Positions 11,139 through 20,080 of a stretch of DNA of 59,871 nucleotides are shown here, in pieces. The translations under genes were made by a program, and so were the position numbers. The notes under the pieces are model-generated. The model did no database searches and had not been told where the DNA came from. It saw only the letters and a list, made by a program, of their open reading frames with translations. Position 1 is the stretch's first letter. Each line of letters opens with the position of its first letter. This DNA comes from a bacterium (lineage in GTDB: Bacteria; SZUA-182; DTGQ01; JAFGSM01). The stretch spans positions 1 to 59,871 of the forward strand of contig JBLIRN010000018.1 of NCBI GenBank assembly GCA_049472315.1, given 5' to 3'.

Positions 11139-11690
11139 ATGAGGTATCGTATCAGGGATCGAATGGATGTATGTTGTGTATGCGTAACACTGCTGGCAAT
11201 CCTTTTCTGTATGGGGGTGCGCGATGCAAGCGGGGCCGACATGAAGGTCGGCTTCATCAACAGCCAGCGGATCATCGACGAATCAAAGGCGGGGCGGGAG
11301 ACCACCAAAAAGATGGAGGCGTTCAAGACGGAGAACACGGAGAAGCTTGAACGGATGAACAAAGAGATCGAGGATCTGGAACAGGAGCTCAGGAAGAAGG
11401 AGTTCGCCCTCAGCCCTGAGAAGAAGCGGGAAATCGAGGACACGATCAGACAGAAGAGACTGGAGCTGAAATTCTTTAAAGAGGACAAGGAAAAGGAGCT
11501 CAAGGAGCTTTTCTATCAGAATCTCAAGAACGTGGAAAACGAGGTGCTCTCCATCGTCCAGCGAATAGGCCAGGAGGAGGGATTCGATCTGGTCCTGGGC
11601 CGGGATGAGAGCGGGATACTGTATGCCAATCCGAAGATCGATATCACCGACAAGGTAATTCGGATCTATGACCAGCAAATCCAACAATAG
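11139..11690 (+). CDS. skp: Periplasmic chaperone Skp/OmpH
   Basis: Signal peptide, KVGFIN, coiled coil, ILYANPKIDITDKVI; lies between bamA and lpxD; start chosen from the GGGGAG SD. Confidence 0.92.
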   Translation: MRYRIRDRMDVCCVCVTLLAILFCMGVRDASGADMKVGFINSQRIIDESKAGRETTKKMEAFKTENTEKLERMNKEIEDLEQELRKKEFALSPEKKREIEDTIRQKRLELKFFKEDKEKELKELFYQNLKNVENEVLSIVQRIGQEEGFDLVLGRDESGILYANPKIDITDKVIRIYDQQIQQ

Positions 11691-12741
11691 GCATGAGTAC
11701 ACGCTTCAGGAACTTGCGGAGAGGCTTCAGGGGAGGGTCCTGGGAAAGGGCGATATAACGATCAGCGGGATTGCCGGTCTGGAGGAGGCGCAAGCCGGCG
11801 ACATCACCTTCCTGGCGAACCCCCGCTACCGGCCGCTCGTTTCCCAGACCCAGGCCTCCGCCCTCATCGCATCCCAAGAGGAGCCCTCGTTCGGGGGCCC
11901 CGTTCTCCAGGTGCCGGACCCCTACCTTGCCTTTGCCATGCTCCTGGAGGCCTTCTATCCGTCCCATGGACACGTACCCGGTGTTCACGAGACCGCGGTG
12001 GTCCAACCCGATGCCCGGATCGGGAAGGATGTGTGCATCGAGCCGGGTGCGGTGATTGCGCCCGGGGTCGTGCTGGGCGACAGGGTATGGATCGGTGCGT
12101 GTGCGGTGGTGGGGGAGGACTCCAGCATCGGCAATGACACCCGTATCCATCCCAATGTCACCATCTATCCCGACACCCGGATCGGGGAGCGCGTCATCAT
12201 CCATGCAGGCGTCGTCATCGGCAGCGACGGCTTCGGGTATGCGCGCAAGGATGGGCTTCCTTACAAGGTCCCGCAGGTCGGAGGGGTGGTTATCGAGGAT
12301 GATTGCGAGATAGGGGCCAATACCACCATAGACCGGGGCACCCTGGGGGATACCCGCATCGGTAAGGGCACCAAGATCGATAACCTGGTCCAGGTCGGCC
12401 ACAATGTGTCCATCGGCCCCTACTCGATCCTGGTTGCCCAGGTCGGGGTGTCCGGGAGCGCGCGCATAGGAAAGGGTGTGGTGCTGGCCGGCCAGTCAGG
12501 GGTGGCAGGGCATATCCAGATCGGCGACGGGGTAACGGTGGCCGGGAAATCTGCTGTCACCAAGAGTATCCCCGCGGGCGAGACCGTGGGCGGATTCATG
12601 GCCTTTCCCATCCGCGAGTGGCGGAAGGCCGAGGCCGTATACCGGCGCCTTCCGGATTTACAGGATGCCTACCGGAGGCTGGTGAAAAGGCTCGATGCGC
12701 TGGAGGCCCTTCTCAGGCAGTCGGATCAACATCCCTCGTGA
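11668..12741 (+). CDS. lpxD: UDP-3-O-(3-hydroxyacyl)glucosamine N-acyltransferase
   Basis: Hexapeptide repeats, GSDGFGY, IGANTTIDRG, KIDNLVQVGHN. Confidence 0.96.
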   Translation: MTSKSNNRHEYTLQELAERLQGRVLGKGDITISGIAGLEEAQAGDITFLANPRYRPLVSQTQASALIASQEEPSFGGPVLQVPDPYLAFAMLLEAFYPSHGHVPGVHETAVVQPDARIGKDVCIEPGAVIAPGVVLGDRVWIGACAVVGEDSSIGNDTRIHPNVTIYPDTRIGERVIIHAGVVIGSDGFGYARKDGLPYKVPQVGGVVIEDDCEIGANTTIDRGTLGDTRIGKGTKIDNLVQVGHNVSIGPYSILVAQVGVSGSARIGKGVVLAGQSGVAGHIQIGDGVTVAGKSAVTKSIPAGETVGGFMAFPIREWRKAEAVYRRLPDLQDAYRRLVKRLDALEALLRQSDQHPS

Positions 12742-14540
12742 AAATATTCAAACACCCTCCGGGCGGTGTTCCGGTCGATCCCCGGGACCGCGGCGAGGTC
12801 TTCCTCGGTTGCCTTCCTGATCGCATCAAGACCTGAAAAATGTCTCAGGATCATTTGCTTCCGCTTGGGGCCCACCCCCGGGATCCCATCCAGTCCGGAG
12901 GAGAATGCCCTTCTTTTCCGGCGTGTCTTCTGATAGGTGATGGCGAAGCGGTGCGCCTCGTCGCGTATCCTCTGGAGCAGTTGCAGGGTGGGGGACCTGT
13001 CGGGGAATGCAAGGGGATCGGCCCGATCCGGTGAGTATACCAGCTCCTCGCGTTTTGCCAGGCTGATCACCGGCTGGTCCGACAGGCCCAGCTCCCGGAA
13101 AACCCGCAGCCCGGCCTGCAGGTGCCCCTTGCCCCCGTCGATAAGGACAAGGTCGGGCATCGGTGCCTGTTCACGCCCAAGCCTCTCATAGCGCCTATTC
13201 AGCACCTCCGCCATCATGCCGTAATCATCGATCCCTTCAACCCCCTGTATCCGGAACCGCCGATATTCCGACTTGTCCGGCTCCCCATCCCGCCAGGAGA
13301 CCATGGATCCCACTGCCTCGGCAGGGCCGAGGTTTGAGATATCGAATCCCTCGATCCTCCGGGGAGGTCGGGGCAGGTGCAGGTCCTCCTGCACCTGCCG
13401 CAACAGTTCCTCCCCCTTTATGCGGCCGTCCTCCACCGACACCTCCAACTCCAGGGCGGCATTGGTCTGTGCCATGAGGAGGAGCCTTTTTTTGTCCCCG
13501 CGCCGGGGTACCTGAATGGCGACCTTTGCCCCCCTCTTCCGGGAAAGCCATTCCTCCAGCAGATCCCGATCGCCCGGCATTGCCTGCACCAGCACTGTCG
13601 GTGGAATCGATTTCCCGGATTGATAGAACTGCTCCAGTATGCCCGCCATCAACTCCTCCTCCGGGATATCCTGCACCCCGGCAATGTGCAGGGACTTTCT
13701 TCCGGTCATTCTCCCGAAACGGATGAAGAAGACCTGGGCACAGGCCCGGTTGCCTTCCCTGGCAAGGGAAAAACAGTCATAATCCTCGCACGAGGTGCTG
13801 TACACGTGCTGTTTTTCGAGGCAGGTCTCCACGGCCCGTATCTGATCCCTCAGGGTGGCTGCCTGTTCATACCGTTGCGACCGGGCCGCCTCCTCCATAT
13901 CCCTGCGCAGCATCCGTATCAGGTCATCCCTCTTTCCCTGGAGAAACAGGATGACCTCCTGCATCAATTCCCGGTACCGTTCCTGGGTGACGAGACCTGC
14001 GCAGGGGGCGCAACATAACCCGATCTGATGGTTGAGACAGGGGCGCTCGGGATTTTTGGGCAACGGACCCTGGCAGCGTCGCACCGGAAAGATGCGGTGA
14101 ATCACCCGCAGCGTCTGCCGGAGGGCATGGGCAGGGGTATAGGGGCCGAAATACCTGCCCCCGTCCTTTTTTATCCTCCTCACCACGGTCAGGCGCGGGA
14201 ATGGTTCGTTCATGGTGACGCACAGGTGGGGATAGTGCTTGTCGTCCTTGAGCACCACGTTGAACCGGGGGCGGTGCCGTTTTATCAGATTGCTTTCCAG
14301 GATGAGGGCCTCCAGCTCCGAGCCGGTGACGATGTATTCCAGGTCGCGGATATGGGAGGCGAGGAGCTCCCGCCGCGGATTGGGGTCGGGTGCGGGACGC
14401 AGGTAGGACATCACCCGTTTTTTCAGGGACGTCGCCTTACCGCAGTAGATGACGGTTCCCTTCTCATCCTTGAAAAGATACACCCCCGGGAGGTCCGGCA
14501 GGCCGGCGGCCTTTGCCGCGAGTTGTCGGATGACTGCCAT
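12726..14540 (-). CDS. uvrC: Excinuclease ABC subunit C
   Basis: GIY-YIG domain (PGVYLF..IYCGKA), UVR domain, IEGFDIS, IDGGKG, RDEAHRFA, HhH. Confidence 0.97.
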   Translation of the reverse strand: MAVIRQLAAKAAGLPDLPGVYLFKDEKGTVIYCGKATSLKKRVMSYLRPAPDPNPRRELLASHIRDLEYIVTGSELEALILESNLIKRHRPRFNVVLKDDKHYPHLCVTMNEPFPRLTVVRRIKKDGGRYFGPYTPAHALRQTLRVIHRIFPVRRCQGPLPKNPERPCLNHQIGLCCAPCAGLVTQERYRELMQEVILFLQGKRDDLIRMLRRDMEEAARSQRYEQAATLRDQIRAVETCLEKQHVYSTSCEDYDCFSLAREGNRACAQVFFIRFGRMTGRKSLHIAGVQDIPEEELMAGILEQFYQSGKSIPPTVLVQAMPGDRDLLEEWLSRKRGAKVAIQVPRRGDKKRLLLMAQTNAALELEVSVEDGRIKGEELLRQVQEDLHLPRPPRRIEGFDISNLGPAEAVGSMVSWRDGEPDKSEYRRFRIQGVEGIDDYGMMAEVLNRRYERLGREQAPMPDLVLIDGGKGHLQAGLRVFRELGLSDQPVISLAKREELVYSPDRADPLAFPDRSPTLQLLQRIRDEAHRFAITYQKTRRKRRAFSSGLDGIPGVGPKRKQMILRHFSGLDAIRKATEEDLAAVPGIDRNTARRVFEYFHEGC

Positions 14541-14546
14541 AGAAAC

Positions 14547-14753
14547 CTACTTTTTTACGAGGAGGCGAAAATCCGCTGCGTTGTCATCCTTTTTCATACC
14601 CAGGGATGTGGCGCAGGCGCTGCACAGGTACTCGAACTTGTTCCCGTCCGGCAGCACCAGGAGGAGCCGCTTCCTGACAGGCATGGCCCTTTTGCATTTG
14701 GGACAGTAAAGGGAATATGCCTCGAATTCCTGGTAGCTGTCTCGTTTGGTCAT
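14547..14753 (-). CDS. Small zinc-ribbon protein of unknown function
   Basis: CPKC-x22-CSAC; GGAGG SD; ends 6 nt before uvrC. Confidence 0.8.
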   Translation of the reverse strand: MTKRDSYQEFEAYSLYCPKCKRAMPVRKRLLLVLPDGNKFEYLCSACATSLGMKKDDNAADFRLLVKK

Positions 14754-14842
14754 GGATAAACCTCCTTGAATCGTTTCATGCCGGAATCTACATATATTAT
14801 TGTATCATATTGGGATTTGCATGGTCTATGGTATCCGCCGTT

Positions 14843-15268
14843 TCAATGCTTCAGGCGGATGACCTCGAAGGGGGCCTCCTGATCGGCCTGCTTCATGCGC
14901 TTTTGGACAATGAGGGTGGACACCCCCCGCTCTTTGGCGATTTGGATGATCCTGTCGGCGGAAGGCCCCTTGAGGATTCCCACCTCCACCTCCACCCCCT
15001 TTTCCCGTGCCTGCTCCTCAATGTTCCGCAGCGCCCTCTCGATTACCCGTGCACGCTGCTCCTTGATCTCGCTTCGTAACTGATCCGTAACCGTACTCCC
15101 CATGAATCCTATGTCTGCGACCATCTCACCCACCTTTCGTGAGACATCCTGGTCCCGCACATCCAGGAGGATGAGCCTGGCCTTTTCGGTGGCGGCGCGT
15201 TCTATGGCGAATCGGGCGACCTTCTCCGATATGGATGTTGCCGAGAATACCACCATGATTGTATTCAT
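14843..15268 (-). CDS. Universal stress protein (UspA-like)
   Basis: IMVVFS beta strand and GPSADRIIQIAKERGVSTLIV; GGGAGG SD. Confidence 0.8.
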   Translation of the reverse strand: MNTIMVVFSATSISEKVARFAIERAATEKARLILLDVRDQDVSRKVGEMVADIGFMGSTVTDQLRSEIKEQRARVIERALRNIEEQAREKGVEVEVGILKGPSADRIIQIAKERGVSTLIVQKRMKQADQEAPFEVIRLKH

Positions 15269-15280
15269 ATTGTCCTCCCG

Positions 15281-16675
15281 TCAGATCACCAGACCGATGA
15301 TCGGCCAGTAGAGTATGGCCAGGATAATAAAAAGGATAAGTGACAGCACATTGAGCAGCAGCCCGGGCTTGAGGATCGTACCGATCTCGTAATACCCCGA
15401 GGAATAGGCAATGGCATTGGGCGGGCTGCTTATGGGAAGGATGAACGCCAGACCCGATGACACCGCCACGAAGTAGACCATGACCGGCGGATCGATCCCC
15501 AGGCGCCCGCAGAGGCTCAATGCAACCGGGAGGATAATGGCGACGCAGGCCACGTTGCTCACCCCTTCGGTGAGCAGTTTGGCGGCAACCGCGAACAGGA
15601 TGAGGGTGAACAGGGGGGTGTGCGGGCCGAACGCGAGAAACCGTTCCACCATCCACGTCATTGCCCCGGTGTGTTCCAGCGCCTTTGCCGCGACCACCGC
15701 CCCTCCGTACATGAGGATGACCCCCCAGTTCACATAGCTGTGTACATCATCCCACTGGAGGCATTCAAAGATGAACAATACCGCGACCGACAGGAGGGAG
15801 ATTACGGCCAGTCCCAGGGTGTGACTGGCGAATATCCACATGCCGATGGTCAGGATCAGGATGGCCAGGACCCTTTTTTCCAGGTGCGTGATGGGCCCGA
15901 TACGGACAAGCTCCTCTCTCAGCCTTTTTCCTGCGGAGCTTACATCATGCACGTCGATGGTGAAGGAGGTGAGGAGGACACCGTAGCAGGCGGCAAGGAG
16001 CACGAAACAGAGGGGACAGACCGCCTTCATCCATTCGAAGAAGCCGATGGTGGTGCCGAACTGCTCCTCCAATATGGCCAGGGCGAGAGGATTTCTTGCA
16101 CCCCCCAGGAGCGTGCCCACGCCGCCGATGATCGCGCCCCACGCCATGGCAATGAACATGAGCGCCCCGAAGTTCGAATCAAGGGGAGACAGATCGAGGC
16201 TTGCGGCGATGCTCCCGATCACGGGGAACATCAAGGCGGCGACTGCATGCTCCGGGATGATGAAGGACATGAGCATACAGGTTACAAGTATGCCGAGAAT
16301 GAGCAGGCGTGGGCTTCGGTCGAAACGGCTGAGGAGCAGTATGGCCATCCTCCTGCTCAATCCGGATTTCATCAAGGCGGTGGCGATGATGAACGCCCCC
16401 AGGATGAAAAACACCGCCTGGTTGCCGAACAGTGCGAATGCCTGGTCCGCCCTCATGATTCGCAGCAGGGGGATGAGGGCAATGATCAGGAGCCCGGTCA
16501 CCGACAGGGGGAGGGCATGGGTAGTCCAGAGGACGACGGCGATCACGAAAACGGCTATGGCCCGTTTCCCCTCCCCTGTCAAACCCGAAGGGGCGGGAAA
16601 AATCGTCGATGCCGCAAGCAGGATCACACAGAGGCCTATGATGACGCTGGCGTATACACGGGGGCTTGTTTTCAT
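15281..16675 (-). CDS. DASS/SLC13 family anion:sodium symporter
   Basis: Many TM segments; GTLLGGARN, EGVSNVA and LPISSPPNAIAY motifs; alternative start at 16696. Confidence 0.9.
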   Translation of the reverse strand: MKTSPRVYASVIIGLCVILLAASTIFPAPSGLTGEGKRAIAVFVIAVVLWTTHALPLSVTGLLIIALIPLLRIMRADQAFALFGNQAVFFILGAFIIATALMKSGLSRRMAILLLSRFDRSPRLLILGILVTCMLMSFIIPEHAVAALMFPVIGSIAASLDLSPLDSNFGALMFIAMAWGAIIGGVGTLLGGARNPLALAILEEQFGTTIGFFEWMKAVCPLCFVLLAACYGVLLTSFTIDVHDVSSAGKRLREELVRIGPITHLEKRVLAILILTIGMWIFASHTLGLAVISLLSVAVLFIFECLQWDDVHSYVNWGVILMYGGAVVAAKALEHTGAMTWMVERFLAFGPHTPLFTLILFAVAAKLLTEGVSNVACVAIILPVALSLCGRLGIDPPVMVYFVAVSSGLAFILPISSPPNAIAYSSGYYEIGTILKPGLLLNVLSLILFIILAILYWPIIGLVI

Positions 16676-16684
16676 CAATAACCA

Positions 16685-16755
16685 ATTATAGTGCATTACA
16701 GTTCCTGTTCAAAGAGGCCTGTTGTATTGAACAGGCGGGAGAGGGATGGTATAAT
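16685..16755. promoter_or_regulatory. Back-to-back sigma70 promoters sharing a 9-bp inverted repeat
   Basis: Plus strand TTGAAC-N17-TATAAT with extended TG (16727-16755); minus strand TTGAAC-N16-TATAAT (16712-16685); IR CCTGTTCAA-N14-TTGAACAGG. Confidence 0.7.
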
Positions 16756-16803
16756 GATACTCTAATCGTAATACACTTCGACCCATGGTGAGGAGGCAAA
16801 CGG

Positions 16804-17115
16804 GTGCCAAAGGACAAGCGGGTCACCATCAAGATACCCAGGCATCTCTACGAGCGCCTCAAACAGATGATAGAGGGTACCGGGTTCAGCAGCGTCAACG
16901 AGCTCATTGTGTTCGTCATGCGGGACATCGCATCCGGCGGGAGGCTGGACCAGGAGAGCGGCCTGAGCAAACAGGATATCGAACAGGTGCGGAAGCGATT
17001 GCGGGCCCTGGGGTATCTGCCGGACGAGGAGTCTGCCGCGTCCGATCGGGAGGTCTACTCCTTGGAGGAGGAGGAAAAGATCAGGAAGCGCCTGAAGGAC
17101 CTTGGTTACATTTGA
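16804..17115 (+). CDS. Ribbon-helix-helix (CopG-like) protein with a duplicated RLxxLGY tail
   Basis: VTIKIPRHLYERL..GFSSVNELIVFVMRD RHH core; tails VRKRLRALGYL and IRKRLKDLGYI; GAGGAGG SD. Confidence 0.88.
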   Translation: MPKDKRVTIKIPRHLYERLKQMIEGTGFSSVNELIVFVMRDIASGGRLDQESGLSKQDIEQVRKRLRALGYLPDEESAASDREVYSLEEEEKIRKRLKDLGYI

Positions 17116-17119
17116 ACCG

Positions 17120-18472
17120 ATGGGATTGAACATCAGACGCTTGTTTAGAACGCAGCGGGTGTTTGTGTTGAGCCTGGACGGGGTCCCCTGTTCCCTGGTG
17201 AGGAGTAAAGCCGCCGGGGGAATGTTCCCATCCCTGAGAGACCTTTTTCAACACGGTTCGTTTATGCGGATGGATTCGGTGCTTCCGCCCGTATCCTCCG
17301 TTGCATGGTCCACCTATATGACCGGGAAGAACCCGGCCGGCCACAACATCTTTGGGTTCATCGACCGTGATCCCTCCACGCTCAAGCTTTTCATCCCCAC
17401 CGGGTGCCATATGAAGGCAAAACCGCTCTGGGAGCGGTTGAGTGAGTTGGGAAAGAGGGTCGTGGTCATGAACGTCCCGGTCACTTCTCCGCCCAGGCCG
17501 GTGAACGGCATCCTCATTGCGGGTTTTCTGGCGACCGATATCGAGAAGGCGGTCTATCCCCCTTCCCTTGTTCCCCTCCTCAAGGAGTGGGGGTATCAGA
17601 TCGACATCGATGCCCAAAGGGCGCGCGCGGACCGCTCCTTCCTCATCGAGGACTTGAAACGATCCACCCAGAGACGCCTTGCCGTTGCCACCCGTCTCAT
17701 GGAACAGGAGCCCTGGGACTTCTTTCACCTCCACATCATGGGCACGGACCGGATCAATCATTTTCTGTGGCGGCGGTGGGAGGACGGAGACCCCTGTTTT
17801 GCGCCTGCATTCGAGGAGTATTATCGCTCTCTTGACCGGTTCATCGGCCAGACCCTGGTTCCATTTCTGGACACGAAAAAGGGGGTGAACCTGGTCATCC
17901 TCTCCGATCACGGATTTTGCAGGCTCCACCGGGAGGTGCTCCTGAACCGGTGGCTTGAGGAGCAGGGGTTGCTGAAGCTGAAATGCCGCAGCGCAAACTC
18001 CGTGGAGGATATGCATCCGGACTCCACGGCATACAGCCTCATACCGGGGAGGATCTACCTGAATCTCCAGGGCAGGGAACCACAGGGAAGGGTTCGGCCC
18101 GACAGGTACCGGGAGACGCTGGAGGGACTGCGGGAGGCGCTGTTCGATCTCAGGGACCCGGAAACAGGCGAGCGCATCATTGCATCCGTGCACCTGCGCG
18201 ACGAGATCTACAAAGGCGCATACCTCACGCAGGCGCCCGACATGGTGGCGCTGCCCTGCCCGGGATACGACCTCAAGGGAAACGTCAACCAGCCGGCACT
18301 CACCCGGGAAAGCGACCTCGAGGGCATGCACACCTTCGACGATGCATTCCTTTTTATCAGGGACCGGGAGATACGCAGGGAGCACTTCTCGATCCTCGAT
18401 GTCACGCCGACACTCCTCGATCTGCTGGGATGCAAACCCTTTCGGGACCTGGAGGGTCGATCCCTCATATAG
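17120..18472 (+). CDS. Alkaline phosphatase superfamily / type I phosphodiesterase-nucleotide pyrophosphatase
   Basis: SLDGV, PPVSSVAWSTYMTGKNP, DRINH, SDHGF and GMH metal-binding motifs; no signal peptide. Confidence 0.9.
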   Translation: MGLNIRRLFRTQRVFVLSLDGVPCSLVRSKAAGGMFPSLRDLFQHGSFMRMDSVLPPVSSVAWSTYMTGKNPAGHNIFGFIDRDPSTLKLFIPTGCHMKAKPLWERLSELGKRVVVMNVPVTSPPRPVNGILIAGFLATDIEKAVYPPSLVPLLKEWGYQIDIDAQRARADRSFLIEDLKRSTQRRLAVATRLMEQEPWDFFHLHIMGTDRINHFLWRRWEDGDPCFAPAFEEYYRSLDRFIGQTLVPFLDTKKGVNLVILSDHGFCRLHREVLLNRWLEEQGLLKLKCRSANSVEDMHPDSTAYSLIPGRIYLNLQGREPQGRVRPDRYRETLEGLREALFDLRDPETGERIIASVHLRDEIYKGAYLTQAPDMVALPCPGYDLKGNVNQPALTRESDLEGMHTFDDAFLFIRDREIRREHFSILDVTPTLLDLLGCKPFRDLEGRSLI

Positions 18473-18560
18473 CACGATCTAATTGTCACTGGATCGCTCC
18501 GTCTGACAGAGTTTTGTTTCAGATTGAATCTTAAAGCCTATTGGTTGATGCAACGAGCAT

Positions 18561-18673
18561 CATAGTGCTTCGCTTCGCTCCGCCTGGCAAGCTTGGTTAG
18601 TGGGGGCGTGAGCCTTTTTCTACTCGGGAGAGTAACATAGTGCGTCGCTTCGCTCCGCCTGGCAAGCTTGGTT
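18561..18673 (+). repeat. Two 38-bp direct repeats (37/38 identical) 37 bp apart; core of the dispersed element
   Basis: CATAGTGC(T/G)TCGCTTCGCTCCGCCTGGCAAGCTTGGTT at 18561-18598 and 18636-18673. Confidence 0.9.
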
Positions 18674-18705
18674 TGACCCCCCCTGTATCTTTATGATAGA
18701 TTTGA

Positions 18706-19521
18706 ATGGTTGTGATGACCGTTCCGTGTGCCAGTTACATGAAGGGACCGTTTCGTATGGGGGCCGATGTGCACCTGCATGAGGGAAACGTTCGGGGCCG
18801 TCCGAGAGGATGGATCGTCTATATATGCGTGCTCGCCCTGCTCCTTGGGTTTTTTCTTCCCGGGTCGATCAGGGCGGGGGTGATCAGCTCGGTGGCTATC
18901 GATGCCGGTCACGGCGGAGAAGATCCGGGCTGCATAGGGACTCACGGAACAATGGAGAAGGAGATCGCCCTGACCCTGGCGAGGCGGCTTGCGGATATCA
19001 TTCAGGAGCGCATGGGCATCGAGGCGATATTGGTACGGCGTGCGGATTATTCGATGGATCCGGTGGAGCGGACCGGCACGGCGAATAACAGGAGGTCCGA
19101 CCTTTTCATCAGCCTGCATGCGAACAGCAGCTTTTCCCCGGCCCAGACCGGTCAGATCATGGTTTTTGTCGCCTCCCCTCCCGAGGAGGATGTCGCGTTC
19201 GAGGTATCACCGGTAATCCCCTGGGACCATGTCCAGGCACGGTTTCGCGACGAAAGCCTCCGGATGGGCTCCCTGATTGTCGAGGAGGCGCGAAAAAGCG
19301 GGCTTTGGCGGGAGGGCCTCGTCAAGGAGGCACCCGTGCTCGTCCTGAAGGGTGCGGCCATGCCGGCAGTGGCCGTGGAGGTGGATTTTTTATCCTCATC
19401 TCAGGGCGAGGATCGGTTCCGGGACAAATGGTTTCAGGAAAGGATCTGTGAGGCCTTGTACAGGGCCATTGTACGTTTCGATTACACCATGGAGAGGGAC
19501 CCCAATGGCGGAACGTGGTAA
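18706..19521 (+). CDS. N-acetylmuramoyl-L-alanine amidase (Amidase_3); start uncertain
   Basis: IDAGHGG, EKE, ISLHAN and MPAVAVE motifs; N-terminal hydrophobic segment. Confidence 0.9.
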   Translation: MVVMTVPCASYMKGPFRMGADVHLHEGNVRGRPRGWIVYICVLALLLGFFLPGSIRAGVISSVAIDAGHGGEDPGCIGTHGTMEKEIALTLARRLADIIQERMGIEAILVRRADYSMDPVERTGTANNRRSDLFISLHANSSFSPAQTGQIMVFVASPPEEDVAFEVSPVIPWDHVQARFRDESLRMGSLIVEEARKSGLWREGLVKEAPVLVLKGAAMPAVAVEVDFLSSSQGEDRFRDKWFQERICEALYRAIVRFDYTMERDPNGGTW

Positions 19522-20080
19522 CATCAGGATATTTCTGCTCGTCACCCTGTGCCTGGTCGTGATCGGGTTTATCATCCTTGTCTGGATGAACAATCTCGGC
19601 TATCGGGATATTCTACCCCGTGATGACGACAGCATCCTCCTAGTCCGGCAACCGGAGGATACCCTCACCAGGGAGGTCGTGCTCTATACCGGAGCCGAAG
19701 AGGGGGGCTGGCGCGTGCTGACCAGGGAGATCGCCACGCCCTCGCCGCATATCGAGGAGAGGATCAAGGGCGTCATCGATGTGCTCTTGGAGGAGTCCTC
19801 CGGGCAGACCTACACCCCCTTCCCGAAAGGGGCGCACCTTATGAGGGTGTTCATGGATCGAAACGAGGTCGCCTACCTGGATTTTTCCGATGAATTGAAG
19901 ACCAATCACCCCGGGGGAACCTGGGGGGAACTGGTAACGATTTACAGCCTTGTCAACACCGTGATGGAGAACTTCAAGACCGTTAAGGGGGTGAAGCTTC
20001 TCCTCATGGGCAATGAGATAGAAACCCTCAAGGGACATATCGATACCCGCTATCCCCTTTCGTTTCGAGAACAGCCATGA
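19505..20080 (+). CDS. GerMN-domain membrane-anchored protein
   Basis: N-terminal TM; AYLDFS, ELVTIYSLVNT and ETLKGHID motifs. Confidence 0.88.
   Translation: MAERGNIRIFLLVTLCLVVIGFIILVWMNNLGYRDILPRDDDSILLVRQPEDTLTREVVLYTGAEEGGWRVLTREIATPSPHIEERIKGVIDVLLEESSGQTYTPFPKGAHLMRVFMDRNEVAYLDFSDELKTNHPGGTWGELVTIYSLVNTVMENFKTVKGVKLLLMGNEIETLKGHIDTRYPLSFREQP

Noticed and set aside
18561..18673. CRISPR array
   Set aside because: Only two units, no cas genes or AT-rich leader nearby, and the unit is the core of a repeat found singly elsewhere in the window
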